The notes below the pieces were generated by a model. It saw nothing but the letters and a program-made list of their open reading frames with translations, ran no database searches and had not been told where the DNA came from. A stretch of 64,000 bases of DNA from Balanoglossus misakiensis. Taxonomy: Eukaryota; Animalia; Hemichordata. The DNA lies in NCBI GenBank assembly GCA_040954595.2, contig CM082576.2:15237028-15301027 (forward strand). Reading direction: 5' to 3'. The translations under genes and the position numbers were made by a program. Shown here piece by piece: positions 49,501 through 62,323 of this stretch; the stretch's first letter is position 1; every line of letters starts with the position of its first letter.

Positions 49501-52500
49501 TTATTTTTGCAGTCAATATCAGCTCCATATTGCAACAATAGTTGCACATTTTTTCCATAACCCGGGTAATAATTGCCGCGTGTTGCCATGTGGAGTGCTG
49601 TGTTGCCATCCTGTGCAAAAAGCAAGTATTTCATGTAAGAGGAACAGCAAGATCGGGACTAGGTGCGTATAAACAGTCTTGCAAAACATACCTGCAGGAC
49701 CTATGGTCGTTATTTACAGTAAGGGATTCTTCAATATAAGGTTATTCCCAAAATTTATGTCCGAGTACGTCGTACAGCGGAGGTATTGTCTGAGACGCAC
49801 ACAATACCGAAGCAATAAAATTTGTTGCAATGCAATAAAAATGTAATTACAAAAATAAGTTTAAGTTTTCTTTTTAAGTTAAATGATGAAACCATAGTGT
49901 TTGGTAAATAAGGCTTTCAATTTCAGTTTGTTGACAGATTCATATGTTTGTGTCAGATTGTTGTTCTAGCTTTTATAGTCAGATCTGTAAGTGCTTTTGA
50001 CCTATTGGCTCTGATTAATATTATAATTTTAAAAAGAACAAAAAGAAAAGAGTAATCGAAAAATGTCACCATATCTTCTTTACAATAATGATCCCTACAT
50101 AAATGTCTTCAAAACAAACTTTCTACGTTGAAATGAATACCGGTACATCAATGGTTTGATTCAAGTTAGAACTACTAACAATCTGACATGGTATTCATTG
50201 CTGCATATTGTAAAGATGTCCATTCTTTAAGTAATGAAGGAGAATGACAACAATGTCACAAAATTTGAAATGTAATGCAAGGTTTCTTTAAAAACACAAA
50301 TAACCAAACAAACAAACAAACAAACAAATGTGTGTATGTTACAATTAACCTTCGCGCGCAAAACGCGACCTCTGATAAATAAATGAACAAATCTTTCCAC
50401 ATTGATAGCATCAACCTGTAGAAGTCAGGTTGGTCTTTACCTTGTTTTGTATGTTAGCATCAGCTTTGTGTTCCAATAACAATCTGACACAGCCTTCATC
50501 ACCATACCCTACTGCAAAGTGCAAAGTTGTGTCTCCATCCTGTAAGTAATGAAGGAGGAGCATGAGAACGATGTCACAATAATTTACAAACAAACAAACA
50601 CAAATTTTTTTGTGTGTGTTGATTAGAATTACCTGTAGAAGTCATGTTGGTATTTACCTTGTTTTGTATGTTAACATCAGCTTTGTGTTCCAATAACAAT
50701 CTGACACGGCCTTCATCACCAGACCTTCCTTTTGCAAAGTGCAAAGGTGCGTTTCCATCCTGTAAGTAATGAAGGAGGAGAATGCGAACAATGTCACAAA
50801 AATTGAAATATACTATGAGGTTTCCTGTAAACAAACAAACAAACAAACAAACAAATGTTTGTATGTTGATTAGAATTAACCTGTAGAAGTCATGTTGGTA
50901 TTTACCTTGTTTTGTATGTTAGCATCAGCTTTGTGTTCCAATAACAATCTGACAGTGACACAGTCTTTTCTGCGAGACCCTCCTATTGCAATGTGCAAAG
51001 GTGTGATTCCATCCTGTAAATAATGAAGAAGGAAAATGAGAACAATGTCACAACAAGTAACCTAGCGGCTCCGCTGTAATGGGTTGCAGAAACGTTTAGG
51101 TTAGCAGTTAGCAGGATTGATATGCAGGTTATGATGAGAAGCTGAATAATCAACAAGCCAACATTTGTAGGGAGTACATGTAGAATAAGAATGTGTAGAG
51201 GATTATGACATACACGCATGGTTGAGCCATTTTTGACTGGTTTGTGTAGAGAGGTATTGTTGACATACAAGTACTGTGTATCATGAGAATAAATGAAGTA
51301 AATGATAACATTCTGGATTTGTAATATTTATTACAAACCAAGACATGAATTATAACATTCATTTCTCTCAGTGGTTTCTGGGGAAAAAGACAGAAATACA
51401 ATCTTTTCCATGAGAAAATTTTATTTTTTGACCAATTATGCTGTAAAGGAAAAAAAGAAAAAGTGCAAAACAATCATTTTCTTGATAAATTATATTTATT
51501 TGCCACTGCATACTGTTAAGGTAAATCATGGAGATAGAAAGCCATTTAAAGTAGCTGCCTTAACTTCAAACACATTTCTGTCATTTTGTTGCACCTAACT
51601 GACGTGTGGCATTTGTTATAGATGTCTGGAGGTATTTACATGTTTTAAACCTGGACAATTTGATAGGTCCTAATAATAATGAACCCCTAAGAACCCACAC
51701 ATAAAATTTGAAAGAAATCTGACAAGTGGTTTCACAGAAAACCGTGTCAAGGACACGGTGGTCCCATTTAGGGATTACACAGAAAAAGTATAGACCGGAG
51801 TACATATACAGACAGACAGATGGACTAAAATTCGTAATCTTCTTGACAGATCTACAACTGAGAAACTAGTCCATGCATTTGTAACGTCTCATTTAGATTA
51901 CTGTAATAGTCTTTTGTTTGGTATCCCGAAGGGACATCTAGCTCGACTTCAGTCTCTACAGAATGCTGCGGCGAGGCTAGTTACTCGTACGCGCAAGTCC
52001 GATCATATCACACCCATACTCAAAGATTTACACTGGCTACCGGTAGAGGCCCGCATCAGTTTTAAAATTCTCTTGCTCACATTCAAATGTATCAGTGGTA
52101 AGGCACCTGCCTATTTGACTGATCTTTTACATTTATATTTACCAGCTCGAGAACTGCGCTCGAGTGTTCAATTCTTTTTAACTCATCCTCATGCTAAATT
52201 TAACAAAACCTACGGACAGAGAGCTTTTTCAGTTTGTGCACCCATTTTATGGAACAATTTACCCCTTGATATCAAAACCGCCAGAAGTGTCAATATTTTT
52301 AAGCGTAATTTGAAAACTTACCTTTTTACTCGGTTTTATGTGTAACGTGTTTGATTGTGTCCTTTTAACTATTTTTACCAGCCTTGTATTTTTTAATCTA
52401 CTCTTTTAGCTATGTACAATGCGCTGAGACGTATGTGTAGCGCATTTTAAACAATTCTTAATAATAATAATAATAATGGACAGACAGACAGACACACACA

Positions 52501-53164
52501 CATAGAGAGAGAGATCAACAGGCACACACTGACTGACCCACAAGCTGCCAATGGCATGTGTGCTGTACATACACCAAATAGAACAGCTGGTCTCTTAACA
52601 GTTAGCCAGTTATGTAAACATGCAGGAATTTGCTGTGTTTACAAATGTCAGTAGGGGTGTAGTGATAATTGCTCTTCGTGAGATAAAAAAATTGTGGTTT
52701 ATTAAGACAAAATATCCTACAAAATATAGAAGTTCCAAATTACCTATGATATGATGCCATAATAATTCTAAAGAAGCCAATCCCATTAACTTACAACTCA
52801 AATTTTAAAGTAATCAGCCATACAGTGTACACTTTCTGAGAAATATAATTGTTTATCAAAATTCGAAAATAAGCCCCAAAAATACAAGATATTGCCCCCA
52901 CAAAACACTGACACTTTATTCATAGGTTTTGTAATCATCATGAGAACGCACCCAGGAACCTTAAAATCAAATTTCAAAGCAATGGGGTAGAGGGTTCTGA
53001 GAAAGAGTTTTGACAAAAAATGGCAACAATCACCCCAAAAACTTTACTATTGAATTCTTCAAATTGATTTGAAAAACATACATGCAAATCTTAGGCCAAA
53101 AAAAAAAAGAGTTTTGTTTAGCATCCAAGCAAAATCTCAAAATTGATGCGGTGACGCGGCTTCT

Positions 53165-53198
<34 letters not shown>

Positions 53199-56100
53199 CT
53201 GCGAAACAAGTTAAGAACAGCAAATATTTCTTTAATAGTCCAAAATTAAGGGGGGATTTGGTCAAAGTAGGGGGGAATCATGATTTGCATATTTTATGTT
53301 AATTAGGTAAACATCAAGGAATGACAATTTTGAACATTAACTTACTAACTGCCTTCATTCCATATTAAAAACAGCATAAGTAAATTACAATATTTTACAT
53401 GTGAACTTGACAACATATTAACAGTTACAGTTTTTTTCTACTTTAAATTAGTAGATTTTGCAGAGGAAGACACCAGCTTGCATAACTTTCAGGGCATGTA
53501 ATTTAAAAAATGCTGGAGAGCTGAAAATAACTCCTGAAATTAATTACACAAGTGGTAGGAGAGTGACTGATTAACTGCTCCCCTGGCAAGTAGAGTGAAA
53601 TGAATAAAATAAATGCAACTGCAAAAATAGTGTCTTTCTTTAAAACTATACCTGAGAAAAAAATTTCTTGTTTGATTTTAAAAGTTTCAGTTTAGCTGCC
53701 AAAATATTAGATTGTGAAACCATTAATAGTTAAATAAATTGAAGTGGTATATATTTCTTCAGATTTCTGCCTACACTTCCCCATCTGTGGCTAGGCACAC
53801 TCAAATAAACAGTCTCTGTACATATTGAATGACATTCCTTCCTAAGTAAGAAAACAAGGTCATGGAAAACTGATACATTCTTGATAATCGCCATGGCAGG
53901 AACGCAGTTTCTTTAATTTGCATAAAATTGTTACGTTCTGCCAACCCAATTTCAAAAGTCGCCATAACAACAAGTTCACTTGAGTGCAGAGTGTGTGCTC
54001 TAAATTTAGACGGTATCCAGATAGGCTGTTCCAACAATTGCACACTATAGCCCTGGAGCTAAATTACACGTGAATGAATGTGAAAGTCATCTACAACATA
54101 GTTTTGGGGGGTGGGAAGTTAAAATGTATAGGCCAGCACGCAGTAATATCGGCCGTTTTCCCAGTGTTTTGACTGACGGTACATGCTATGGAGGCTTGGA
54201 CGCGCATGTACTGGCCGGGTGGGCTGCTCACGAAGGGGCGATTGTCGCCCCCTGAACTTGTTACAAGGGGCGCTTCAAGTGTAAAAGAGGGGGAATCGCG
54301 CGATTGCGCGTCCTGGAGAAAACACTGAAATTTAGTTGATTTCCGGGTTCGAAAATTACGAAAAAAAAGCCTTGACGCGCATGTTTAAAAGTGACGCGCG
54401 CGAGGACGCTAAACAAAACTCTTTTTTTTGGCCTTACTAGGGATACCCCAAGGAACATGCCTATCAAATTTCAAAGCAATCTGACAAGCGGTTTTCAAAA
54501 AGGCAAAAATTGCTCCAAAATTATAAATATGCAAATTTTTAAATTTTTAAACAAAACTTTGGTACTCAGATCACCTATATGTTCCATGCTAAATTTCAAA
54601 GAAGTCTGCTAATATAAGGTACATGCATACCAATTTTCAAACCAATATGACCAGTCACATTGGTTGTTGAGTTTCTGAGTTTTGACCAAATTTCGGTTTT
54701 TCCAGCTAATTTGCATATTTTTGGCAATGACAACTTCATTTGAACAAACTCCCATCTACAGCCCAGCCTGCATCTACACACCAAATATCGAGGTTATACG
54801 CGCTGCGGTTTTCAAGTTTTTGATGTGGACGCACATACAGACAATAATAATGACATACATCCATCCATCCATACATACATACATACATACACACACACAT
54901 ACATACATACATACATACCTACATACATACAGACAGACATATAGACATACAGACATACAGACACAACCGATCCCATAAGGTCCCATGGTATATTATATAA
55001 CCAAATGGGACCTAAAAATGATTTTTGACCAAACACGGGGAAAATTGCCCCCAAAATACAAATATGCAAATTTAACCACAATTTGAACAAACTTGACTAA
55101 GGACACCCCGAGGAAGCTGCATACCAAATTTCCAAACAATTGGACCAGCGGTTTCAGAGAAGAAGACAAAAGAAGAAAAATGTTGACGGACGATGACAGA
55201 CAGTCCACCTATCTGATAAGCTCTGCGTCGCTGACAGCGGAGCTAAAAAATTGAAAAGTAATGCGAGGTTCAATGCATTGCACGAAACCGTCAAGACTTT
55301 TTCAGAGGCCTATTTCTCATTAAAGATAAGGGACCGTTCAGTTTTTACGGCTGGGGGGGGGGGGGCGGGATGGCAAGTTTGTGTCATTGGTTTTCAAAAT
55401 CAGGCCGACCCCCCCTTCACCCAGGACCAAAAAATGATGACCCCCCTTTGACAGGACCAAAAATATGATGACCCCCCCCCCCCACGCCGTCCTGATCCTA
55501 TGTACACTGTATGCAATAAAGGGAATGAGGCTCCTCACACGTCAATTATAAATTTCTTAAAGTATTATTGCAGTATATAATTGTATATCGTTGCAACAAA
55601 GAAATCTATGAATAAATTAAAATGACAATTAATACAATAGCTGCTATAATTGGTAAAAGAAGAAAAGTGGCGGGGTGGGTGTGGGAGGGTGGGGGACACC
55701 ACCCTCCCACATAAGAAAATTTTGTAAAATACGGTGTTCAAAGTTGCATTTTAATAAACTCAAAAGCATATTAACTCAATGTTGGGGAGGACCAATTTTA
55801 CTTTTGCCACTCCACTCACAGTAAGCATCGGGGTGGGGTGGCAAGTAGTCTGCCCTGGTACACTAGACAAACCAGCCAATAAATGAAATGTGGCGAAGAA
55901 TGAATAAACCACGGCTCCTAATGCGTGAGTTGAGGCGTGCTGTAGCTATAGCCAGGTTAAGCGGACTGACAGGATCTCCAACAGGGTCCTGGCGAAGGAG
56001 CTCTTCTTCCAGCTCATAGATGGCTTTTTCTGCAACTGGGTTTTTGTTGGGGTTCTTTATGCGGCCTATCTCGATGCATATGCGCAACTGGTGGAGAGTT

Positions 56101-59100
56101 TCATCATTGCGGAGCGCCATGAATCCTGATGCGGGGTCAATGCGAATGATGGCATGTGGGCCGTCTAGTGGACGTAGCTCTATGCACATACGTGCAAGGC
56201 TGGTGATCTGTGTGCGACGTATGGCATGTGTCTCTGATAGGTTGGTGGTGTGGCCGTATCGTGTGACATCTACACCTTTGATTGTCACTTGACTTTTTGC
56301 TGGGCGGACGGATATATCGTTTTCCGTCATGAACGGCGTGCCTGCTAGGACGTCAACGTCAAGTTCTTCAACTATTAGTGCATCAAGTTTAAGTTCAATG
56401 TCACCTCTGGCTAGAACGATGTGTGTTTCCATCAGCTTGAAGTGCCCGCTGTGTGCTTCTTGTATTGGTGCACCGATGTATTTCGCAGTGGATGCCTTTA
56501 TCATGTTTGTCTCCGCCCCTGTATCTAGTGTCAGTCGTAACGGGTGATGGCGGTAAAAGGCTTTGACATATGGGGATTGTTTAATGTTGACACGGTATGT
56601 GCGAACGGGGTCGATGTCGATGGCGGCCTCGTTGTCGGAATCATTTTGTAGTGGACTGCCGTCGTCCTCCTCATAGTGTGTCGACTTTTGGTGAGGTATA
56701 ACCTGTCTTCCTGAGGTAAGAATTTGCACTTACTCAGAAAATGTTGATATTTTGGACGTCCTGCTTGCTTGCATAGGGGGCATGACTTGTTGCTTTGGCG
56801 TCTACTGGGTGGTGTATCATCACTATATGTGGCTGCAGGCTGCGTATTTGTACGTGTGCGAACAAATGACTTGGCGACAGAACGGAGGACCTTGGCCTTG
56901 GTTGCTGAGTGGATCTCTTCCAGCAGAGAGGGTAACGCCTGGGATATTTCTGGTTTAAGGGTGGCTAGTGTTTTTGACCTCAACTCCGTCCCATAGCGTT
57001 GCTTTACCAGGTTAGGGAGATCTGGGTGGACAAGTCGTAGCCAGGTGAGGACCACCACATTTTCTAATGTGGGTGACATTTAAATAATAACACATGATAG
57101 CGAGGGCAATATCACGATTTGAAGCCTGCACGAGGGATGGTGATCTCTGACCATAATATTGATGATGCCCGAGCCGCAGGCGAGGGTATCATCAATATTG
57201 TGGTCAGAGATCACCAGCCCGAGGGCAGGCTTCAAATCGTGATGTTGCCCGAGCATAATGTGTTATTAATTTTATTACGCCGAACATTTGAACGTACATA
57301 CACTGCAGCATGTAGCATGTAGACTCGCGTCCATATGTCGTACGTTGCTGAGAATGTAAAATGTCTCGATCTCCCAAGAATTATACGATACCTACTTCGA
57401 ACTTAGATTATTTTGAAAATAGTGCGCTGTTGGTTGCGATTTTGGTGTATTTACTGCCCGTTTGCAGTAAAATATCATCCAGTTGAACAGGTGTTAAGCC
57501 TGTGTGTCGCTTTGAAGCCATATAGATGCGGGAGTTGACTGATCGTGAAGGAAGCCATTGAACGACAGTTTGGAACGCGCAGAAGTCGCGCGCAGAACAC
57601 CAAAACAATCCAGCGGGCAATATCAGCGCACGCGACAGGGCTTTATCAACTCTAGCCATGTTATATCACTTTTTTTTCTATATCACGTGAGCGCGTCTCA
57701 GCCAATCACGAAAACGGTATAATACGTGAGGTGTACTAAATCTTCATCAACGCCTGGCTGTGTACCGAGGTGGCTGATGTTGCCATCCACTCGTAGTAAA
57801 TTATCTTTTACAAATGATAACGGAACACTGAGTCTGTGAGTGAACTTCCTACCGCTATCGAGAAAGCGAACTCCCTGGTCGGCGTCTGGACGTGTCGTTA
57901 TCTTCTTTCGACATCGAGAAGCGTAGATTTTCGTTTCTGCGCTGCCACCACGCCAGTAAACAGTCGAACACCAACCAGTCGAGTGATAGGAATAACGTTT
58001 TAATGCAACAACACGCGGCAACGAGAGTCGAGAGAGAGATCTCACGAGACAACACGAGACTAACCAATACGCCGACTGGCGGGGCACGAAACTGTAATTT
58101 TGTGGACTCAAAAGCAAAAGTTCGGTGGTGTGACCCCCCCCTAAACGTTTACAAAAAAAGATGACCCCCCCCCCCCTTTTGGACTTCAAAATTTAAGTGA
58201 CCCCCCCCCCCCTGGATTTTGCCCCCCCCCCGGACATAAAAACTGAACGGTCCCTAACGTTAAAACCCCTATAAACCATACATATTCTGGAAGCTGAGTT
58301 TTTGAACTTTTGTTTGAGTTGCATATTTTATTGACCCCCAGAAATGGTGGCGTTTTGGGGTTAAAAAACCCATATTTTGATATTATGTCATTCAATGTTA
58401 ATTAGGTAAAAAGTTGACCATGCATCATGCATCTTAATATGTCATTCGAAACTAGAGTACACATGCTAAAAAGCGAAAATTTGTATTGCGTTATCTGCTT
58501 CCATTGAGGAGTAACAGCGTTTGAAAGTTAGACAATTTGATCAAATTCACGATGAGTAGTATTGAATCAAAGTTCATTCCCGCCAGGGACACTTTCTCGA
58601 CTAAAAAAAAATTGTATTGCTGGATGCGTCATACACAATCCCCTGTTAAAATTTGAGCAAATTCGGCCAATGCAGAGCGAAGCTAAATCTTCTGAAGTTG
58701 TCAAAAGCAGCGAAAATGCAAACTAAAAAAAACGGCAATTTGCATTGTTGACACCTATTTGTTAAGCTGCGGACTCATTCAGAAAAGTGCTATTTTTGGG
58801 TGATTATGCACCATTTCCGCCAAGACGCATTTGTCAGAATGTGGATCAGTATTAGACCTACTGATTTTTGTAAAAAGGTAAAATTTGGCAAAAATCACAA
58901 CTTTTCATGCAATGCTACCTTAAACATACAAATAACCAAACACACAAACAAATGTTTGTATGTTGATAAGGATTAACCTGTTGAAGTCAGGTTGGTATTT
59001 ACCTTGTTTTGTATGTTAGCTTCAGCTTTGTGTTCCAATAACAATCTAACATGGTCTTCATCACCAAACCATGCTGCAGAGTGCAATGGTGTGTCTCCAT

Positions 59101-62100
59101 ACTGTAAGTAATGAAGGAGGAGCATGAAAACAATGTCACAAACATTCAAATGCAATGTGAGGTTTTCTTAATAAAATAAACAAATAAATGAATAAATCTT
59201 TCCACATTGATAGCATCAACCTGTAGAAGTCAGGTTGGTATTTACCTTGTTTTGTATGTTAGCATCAGCTTTGTGTTCCAATAACAATCTGACACGGTCT
59301 TTATCGCCATACCTTGCAGCAAAGTGCAAAGGTGTGTTTCCATCCTGTAAGTAATGAACGAGGTGTATTAGAACAATTTCACAAAAATTCAAATGAATCG
59401 TGAGGTCTCTGTAAATAAACAAATACACAAACAAATGTTTGTATGTTGATTAGAATTAACCCTAAGAATCAGGTTGGTATTTACCTTGTTTTGTATGTTA
59501 GCTTCAGCTTTGTGTTTCAATAACAATCTGACACGGCCTTCATCGCCAAACGCTGCTGCAGAGTGCAAAGATGTGTCTCCATCCTGTATTAAAGTAATGA
59601 AGATGGTGCATGAGAACAATGTCACAAAAAATCAAATGTATCATGAGGTTTCCGCAAACAATAAACAAACAAATGTTTGCATGTTGATTAGAATTAAGAT
59701 GTAGAAGACATGTTGATATTTACCCAGTTTTGTATGTTAGCTTCAGCTTTGTGTTCCAATAACAATCTAACATGGCCTTCACCGCCAAACGCTGCTGCAG
59801 AGTGTAATGGCGTGTGTCCATACTGTAAGTAATGAAGGAGGAGCATGAGAACAATGTCACACAAATTCAAATAAAATGTGAAGTTTCCTTTAACAAACAA
59901 ACAAACAAACAAACAAACAAACAAACAAACAAATGGTTGTATGTTGATAAGCACCAACCTGTAAAAGTCAGGTTGGTATTTACCTTGTTTTGTATGTTAA
60001 CATCAGCTTTGTGTTCCAATAACAATCTAACACGGCCTTCATCACCATACCTTGCTGTTGCTGCATAGTGTAATGGTGTACATGCTTTCTGTAAGTAATG
60101 AAGCAGGAGAATGAGAACAATATCACAAAAATTGTAATGAAATGTAAGGTTTCCATAAAAAAACAAATAACCATCCAAACAAATAAACAAACAAATGTTT
60201 GTATGTTGATTAGAATTAAGTTGTAGAAGTCAGGTTGGTATTTACCTGATTTTGTATATTAGCTTCAGCTTCGTGTTCCAATAACAATCTGACACGACCT
60301 TTATCGCCCCACCCTGCTGCAGAGTGCAAAGGTGTGTCTCCATCCTGTAAGTAATGAAGGAGGTGCATGAGAACAATGTCACAACAATTCAAATGTATCG
60401 TGAGGTTTCCGCAAACAATAAACAAGCAAATAAACAAACAAATGTTTGCATGTTGATTAGAATTAACCTGTAGAAGTCAGGTTGGTATTTACCTTGTTTT
60501 GTATGTTAACATCAGCTTTGTGTTCCAATAACAATCTAACACGGCCTTCATCACCATACCTTGCTGTTGCTGCATAGTGTAATGGTGTACATGCTTTCTG
60601 TAAGTAATGAAGCAGGAGAATGAGAACAATATCACAAAAATTGTAATGAAATGTAAGGTTTCCATAAAAAAACAAATAACCATCCAAACAAATAAACAAA
60701 CAAATGTTTGTATGTTGATTAGAATTAAGTTGTAGAAGTCAGGTTGGTATTTACCTTGTTTTGTATGTTAACATCAGCTTTGTGTTCCAATAACAATCTG
60801 ACACAGCCTTCATCACCAGACCTTCCTGCTGCAAAGTGCAAAGGTGTGTGTCCATCCTGTAAGTAATGAAGGAGGATCATGAGAACAATGTCACAACAAT
60901 TAAAATGTAACAAATTGATCAGGTTTCCTTAAACAAACAAATGTTGATTAGCATTAACCTGTAGAAGTTAGGCACAATGAAGGTATTCTCAAAAAGTGTT
61001 AATTCAGCTAAAAACAAAATTAATGTTTTGTAATTTTAATATGATTGTCAATAAAACAATTATCCAGAGTTCACTGTGGTCATAAAGACATAAATAAACC
61101 TGTAATTCTTTTCTTTTGTTCATAATATCAATGAAGTACTTTAATAACTTGTCAGTTCATATACCTCATCCTTAGCATTGACATCTGAACCATGGGAAAT
61201 CAACACCTTGATAGCATCCAATTTACCTTTACAGGTTGCTGCATGCAATGCTATGAAATCCTGGAATGAAGACATTTAAACTTCGAATAAAAATGACATC
61301 ACCAATCTGATACTTTGCATAATTGTGTCAAGTGCTTGATCCTTTGACTAATAACCTCTAGGAATTTCATAACAGTGAGCTGTAGTCATGGACATGTAGT
61401 AAACATAATTAATACTTTCAACATTCCTTTTAATAGAACCCCCACCCCCCTCAAGACTTTTTAATAATCTCATCAATGGGAAGTAAAATAATGGGATAAA
61501 TAAAAGGATGCAGAGATAGACTTGAAACCAAATGATCATATGGCTATTTTTTCTCGTTGAATGTTATCTGCATGTGTATTACAGAGACAATCACACCAGC
61601 TTGGAACATTGGGACAGGAGTGGGAGCCCAAACTTTTATTTGATTAGTGCTAACTTTTTTATATTGTTGTGTATTTCATGTGAAATCAGATGACATTGGC
61701 ATGGCTACATGATACTTGGAATCCCCATAAAGTTAGGAAAATGTGAGATTTGAAAACTTAGTGCATGTGTTGTCACACATACACATTTGCATTATATTTA
61801 CCCTGCTCCGTGATCAACTCATCAGTTGCCTGACTGACTCCTCTTGTTACCTTCTAACCCCACCACCCCCACCCCGGTCCCACTCACTCACAGATGTCAA
61901 GACAGTGTACAGTTAATAATAATATAAACACATCAACATTTATAATTGCCATGTACCGGTAAATAGAAAGTTGTGGATGATTGATTTATGAAATCGCACT
62001 TCATTGAATTTTAATTAGAGTATTGAAGTTCATCAAAAATTTATCAATTGAATTGGTTTTCACGATTGTAATTTTGCAACGTTGATATGACATGTACTTT

Positions 62101-62323
62101 ATACTATTCTATCCATCAAATGTGTCAGTGCAATGGAATTATGAATAATCTCAGTATACTGACATAATCTTGTTAGTGTCATGACAATTAAATGTTAACA
62201 TTTTCCTCTCACAGACAGGCTACATTTTCACTACAGCAGCAACTTCAATTCAACTAGGTCACTTACCCATGGGTCTTCATATTTCTGGGAAGCCCTGTTT
62301 TTCTTACAACAAATATTGCCCAT
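37538..62323 (-). CDS. Ankyrin-Roc-COR-death domain ROCO protein (DAPK-like, no kinase domain), 21 exons, about 1590 aa if all exons are used
   Basis: Exons 62323-62267, 61260-61165, 60856-60755, 60597-60493, 60344-60246, 60088-59984, 59822-59724, 59583-59485, 59344-59246, 59101-59003, 51013-50906, 50759-50658, 50539-50441, 49610-49500, 48743-48675, 45300-45181, 43447-43208, 42535-42391, 42140-41992, 41581-41405 and 40030-37538 are all GT-AG and phase-compatible. Roc motifs [42 protein letters not shown] motifs [23 protein letters not shown]. Confidence 0.88.
37737..38940 (-). repeat. Coding minisatellite, 126-bp (42-aa) unit, about 9.5 copies, in the last ROCO exon
   Basis: [42 protein letters not shown] repeated in frame. 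Confidence 0.95.
40355..40541. repeat. Long imperfect palindrome, probably the end of an unclassified element
   Basis: Arms 40379-40427 and 40476-40524 are near-perfect reverse complements. Confidence 0.8.
42692..43141. mobile_element. Mutator-like MITE
   Basis: TIR TAGCTGTGGTACGCAGCTGTAC extending imperfectly about 80 bp. 9-bp TSD GATGATGCA at 42683-42691 and 43142-43150. Confidence 0.8.
43985..45160 (+). mobile_element. Degenerate 3' part of an RTEX-like LINE
   Basis: Frameshifted pieces [30 protein letters not shown], and [21 protein letters not shown]. Confidence 0.75.
45446..48663 (-). mobile_element. HINE/DINE-like element, copy D, with ~240-bp internal tandem repeats (46985-48125) and a CR1 insert
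   Basis: Same termini as the other copies. The left part matches copy B and the right part matches copy A. Confidence 0.7.
46150..46850 (+). mobile_element. CR1-clade LINE 3' fragment
   Basis: [61 protein letters not shown], followed by a (CCTAA)n tail. Confidence 0.85.
51826..52477 (+). mobile_element. L2-clade LINE 3' fragment
   Basis: [45 protein letters not shown], followed by an (AAT)n tail. Possible TSD ATGGAC. Confidence 0.85.
53094..54433. mobile_element. PIF/Harbinger-like non-autonomous element
   Basis: TIRs GGCC(A)nGAGTTTTGTTTAGC.TCC. 3-bp TSD TTA on both sides. Confidence 0.8.
55904..57079 (-). pseudogene. Gypsy-like LTR retrotransposon fragment (gag end, aspartic protease, integrase piece)
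   Basis: CPLCKQAGR...HFLSKC knuckle, protease [12 protein letters not shown], then a jump to integrase-like IIRID...[10 protein letters not shown] and RNase H are absent. Confidence 0.75.
57086..57267. repeat. ~180-bp fold-back palindrome
   Basis: AATAACAC...ATCACGATTTGAAGCCTGC...GGTGATCTCTGACCATAATATTGATGAT pairs with its downstream reverse complement around GCCCGAGCCGCAGGCGAGGG. Confidence 0.85.
58970..60970 (-). repeat. Tandem array of 8 ankyrin exon-plus-intron cassettes (~240-265 bp each)
   Basis: Each unit is intron ...CTTCATTACTTACAG, a 99-105-nt exon, then GTAAATACCAACCTGACTTC. Three more units lie at 50410-51050. Confidence 0.92.

Larger units (their letters stand above)
51741..55015 (-). 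mobile_element. HINE/DINE-like element, copy E, carrying nested insertions
   Basis: GTGTCAAGGACACGGTGGTCCCAT ... ATGGGACCTA termini and a (CATA)n tract. Confidence 0.65.
55330..58254. mobile_element. PIF/Harbinger-like TIR element enclosing Gypsy and palindromic fragments
   Basis: TIR GGGACCGTTCAGTTTTTA / TAAAAACTGAACGGTCCC. TAA TSD. Confidence 0.7.

Noticed and set aside
37538-62323. Assigning the symbol DAPK1 or LRRK
   Set aside because: No kinase or LRR exons were found. The architecture is DAPK-like, but orthology is not supported.
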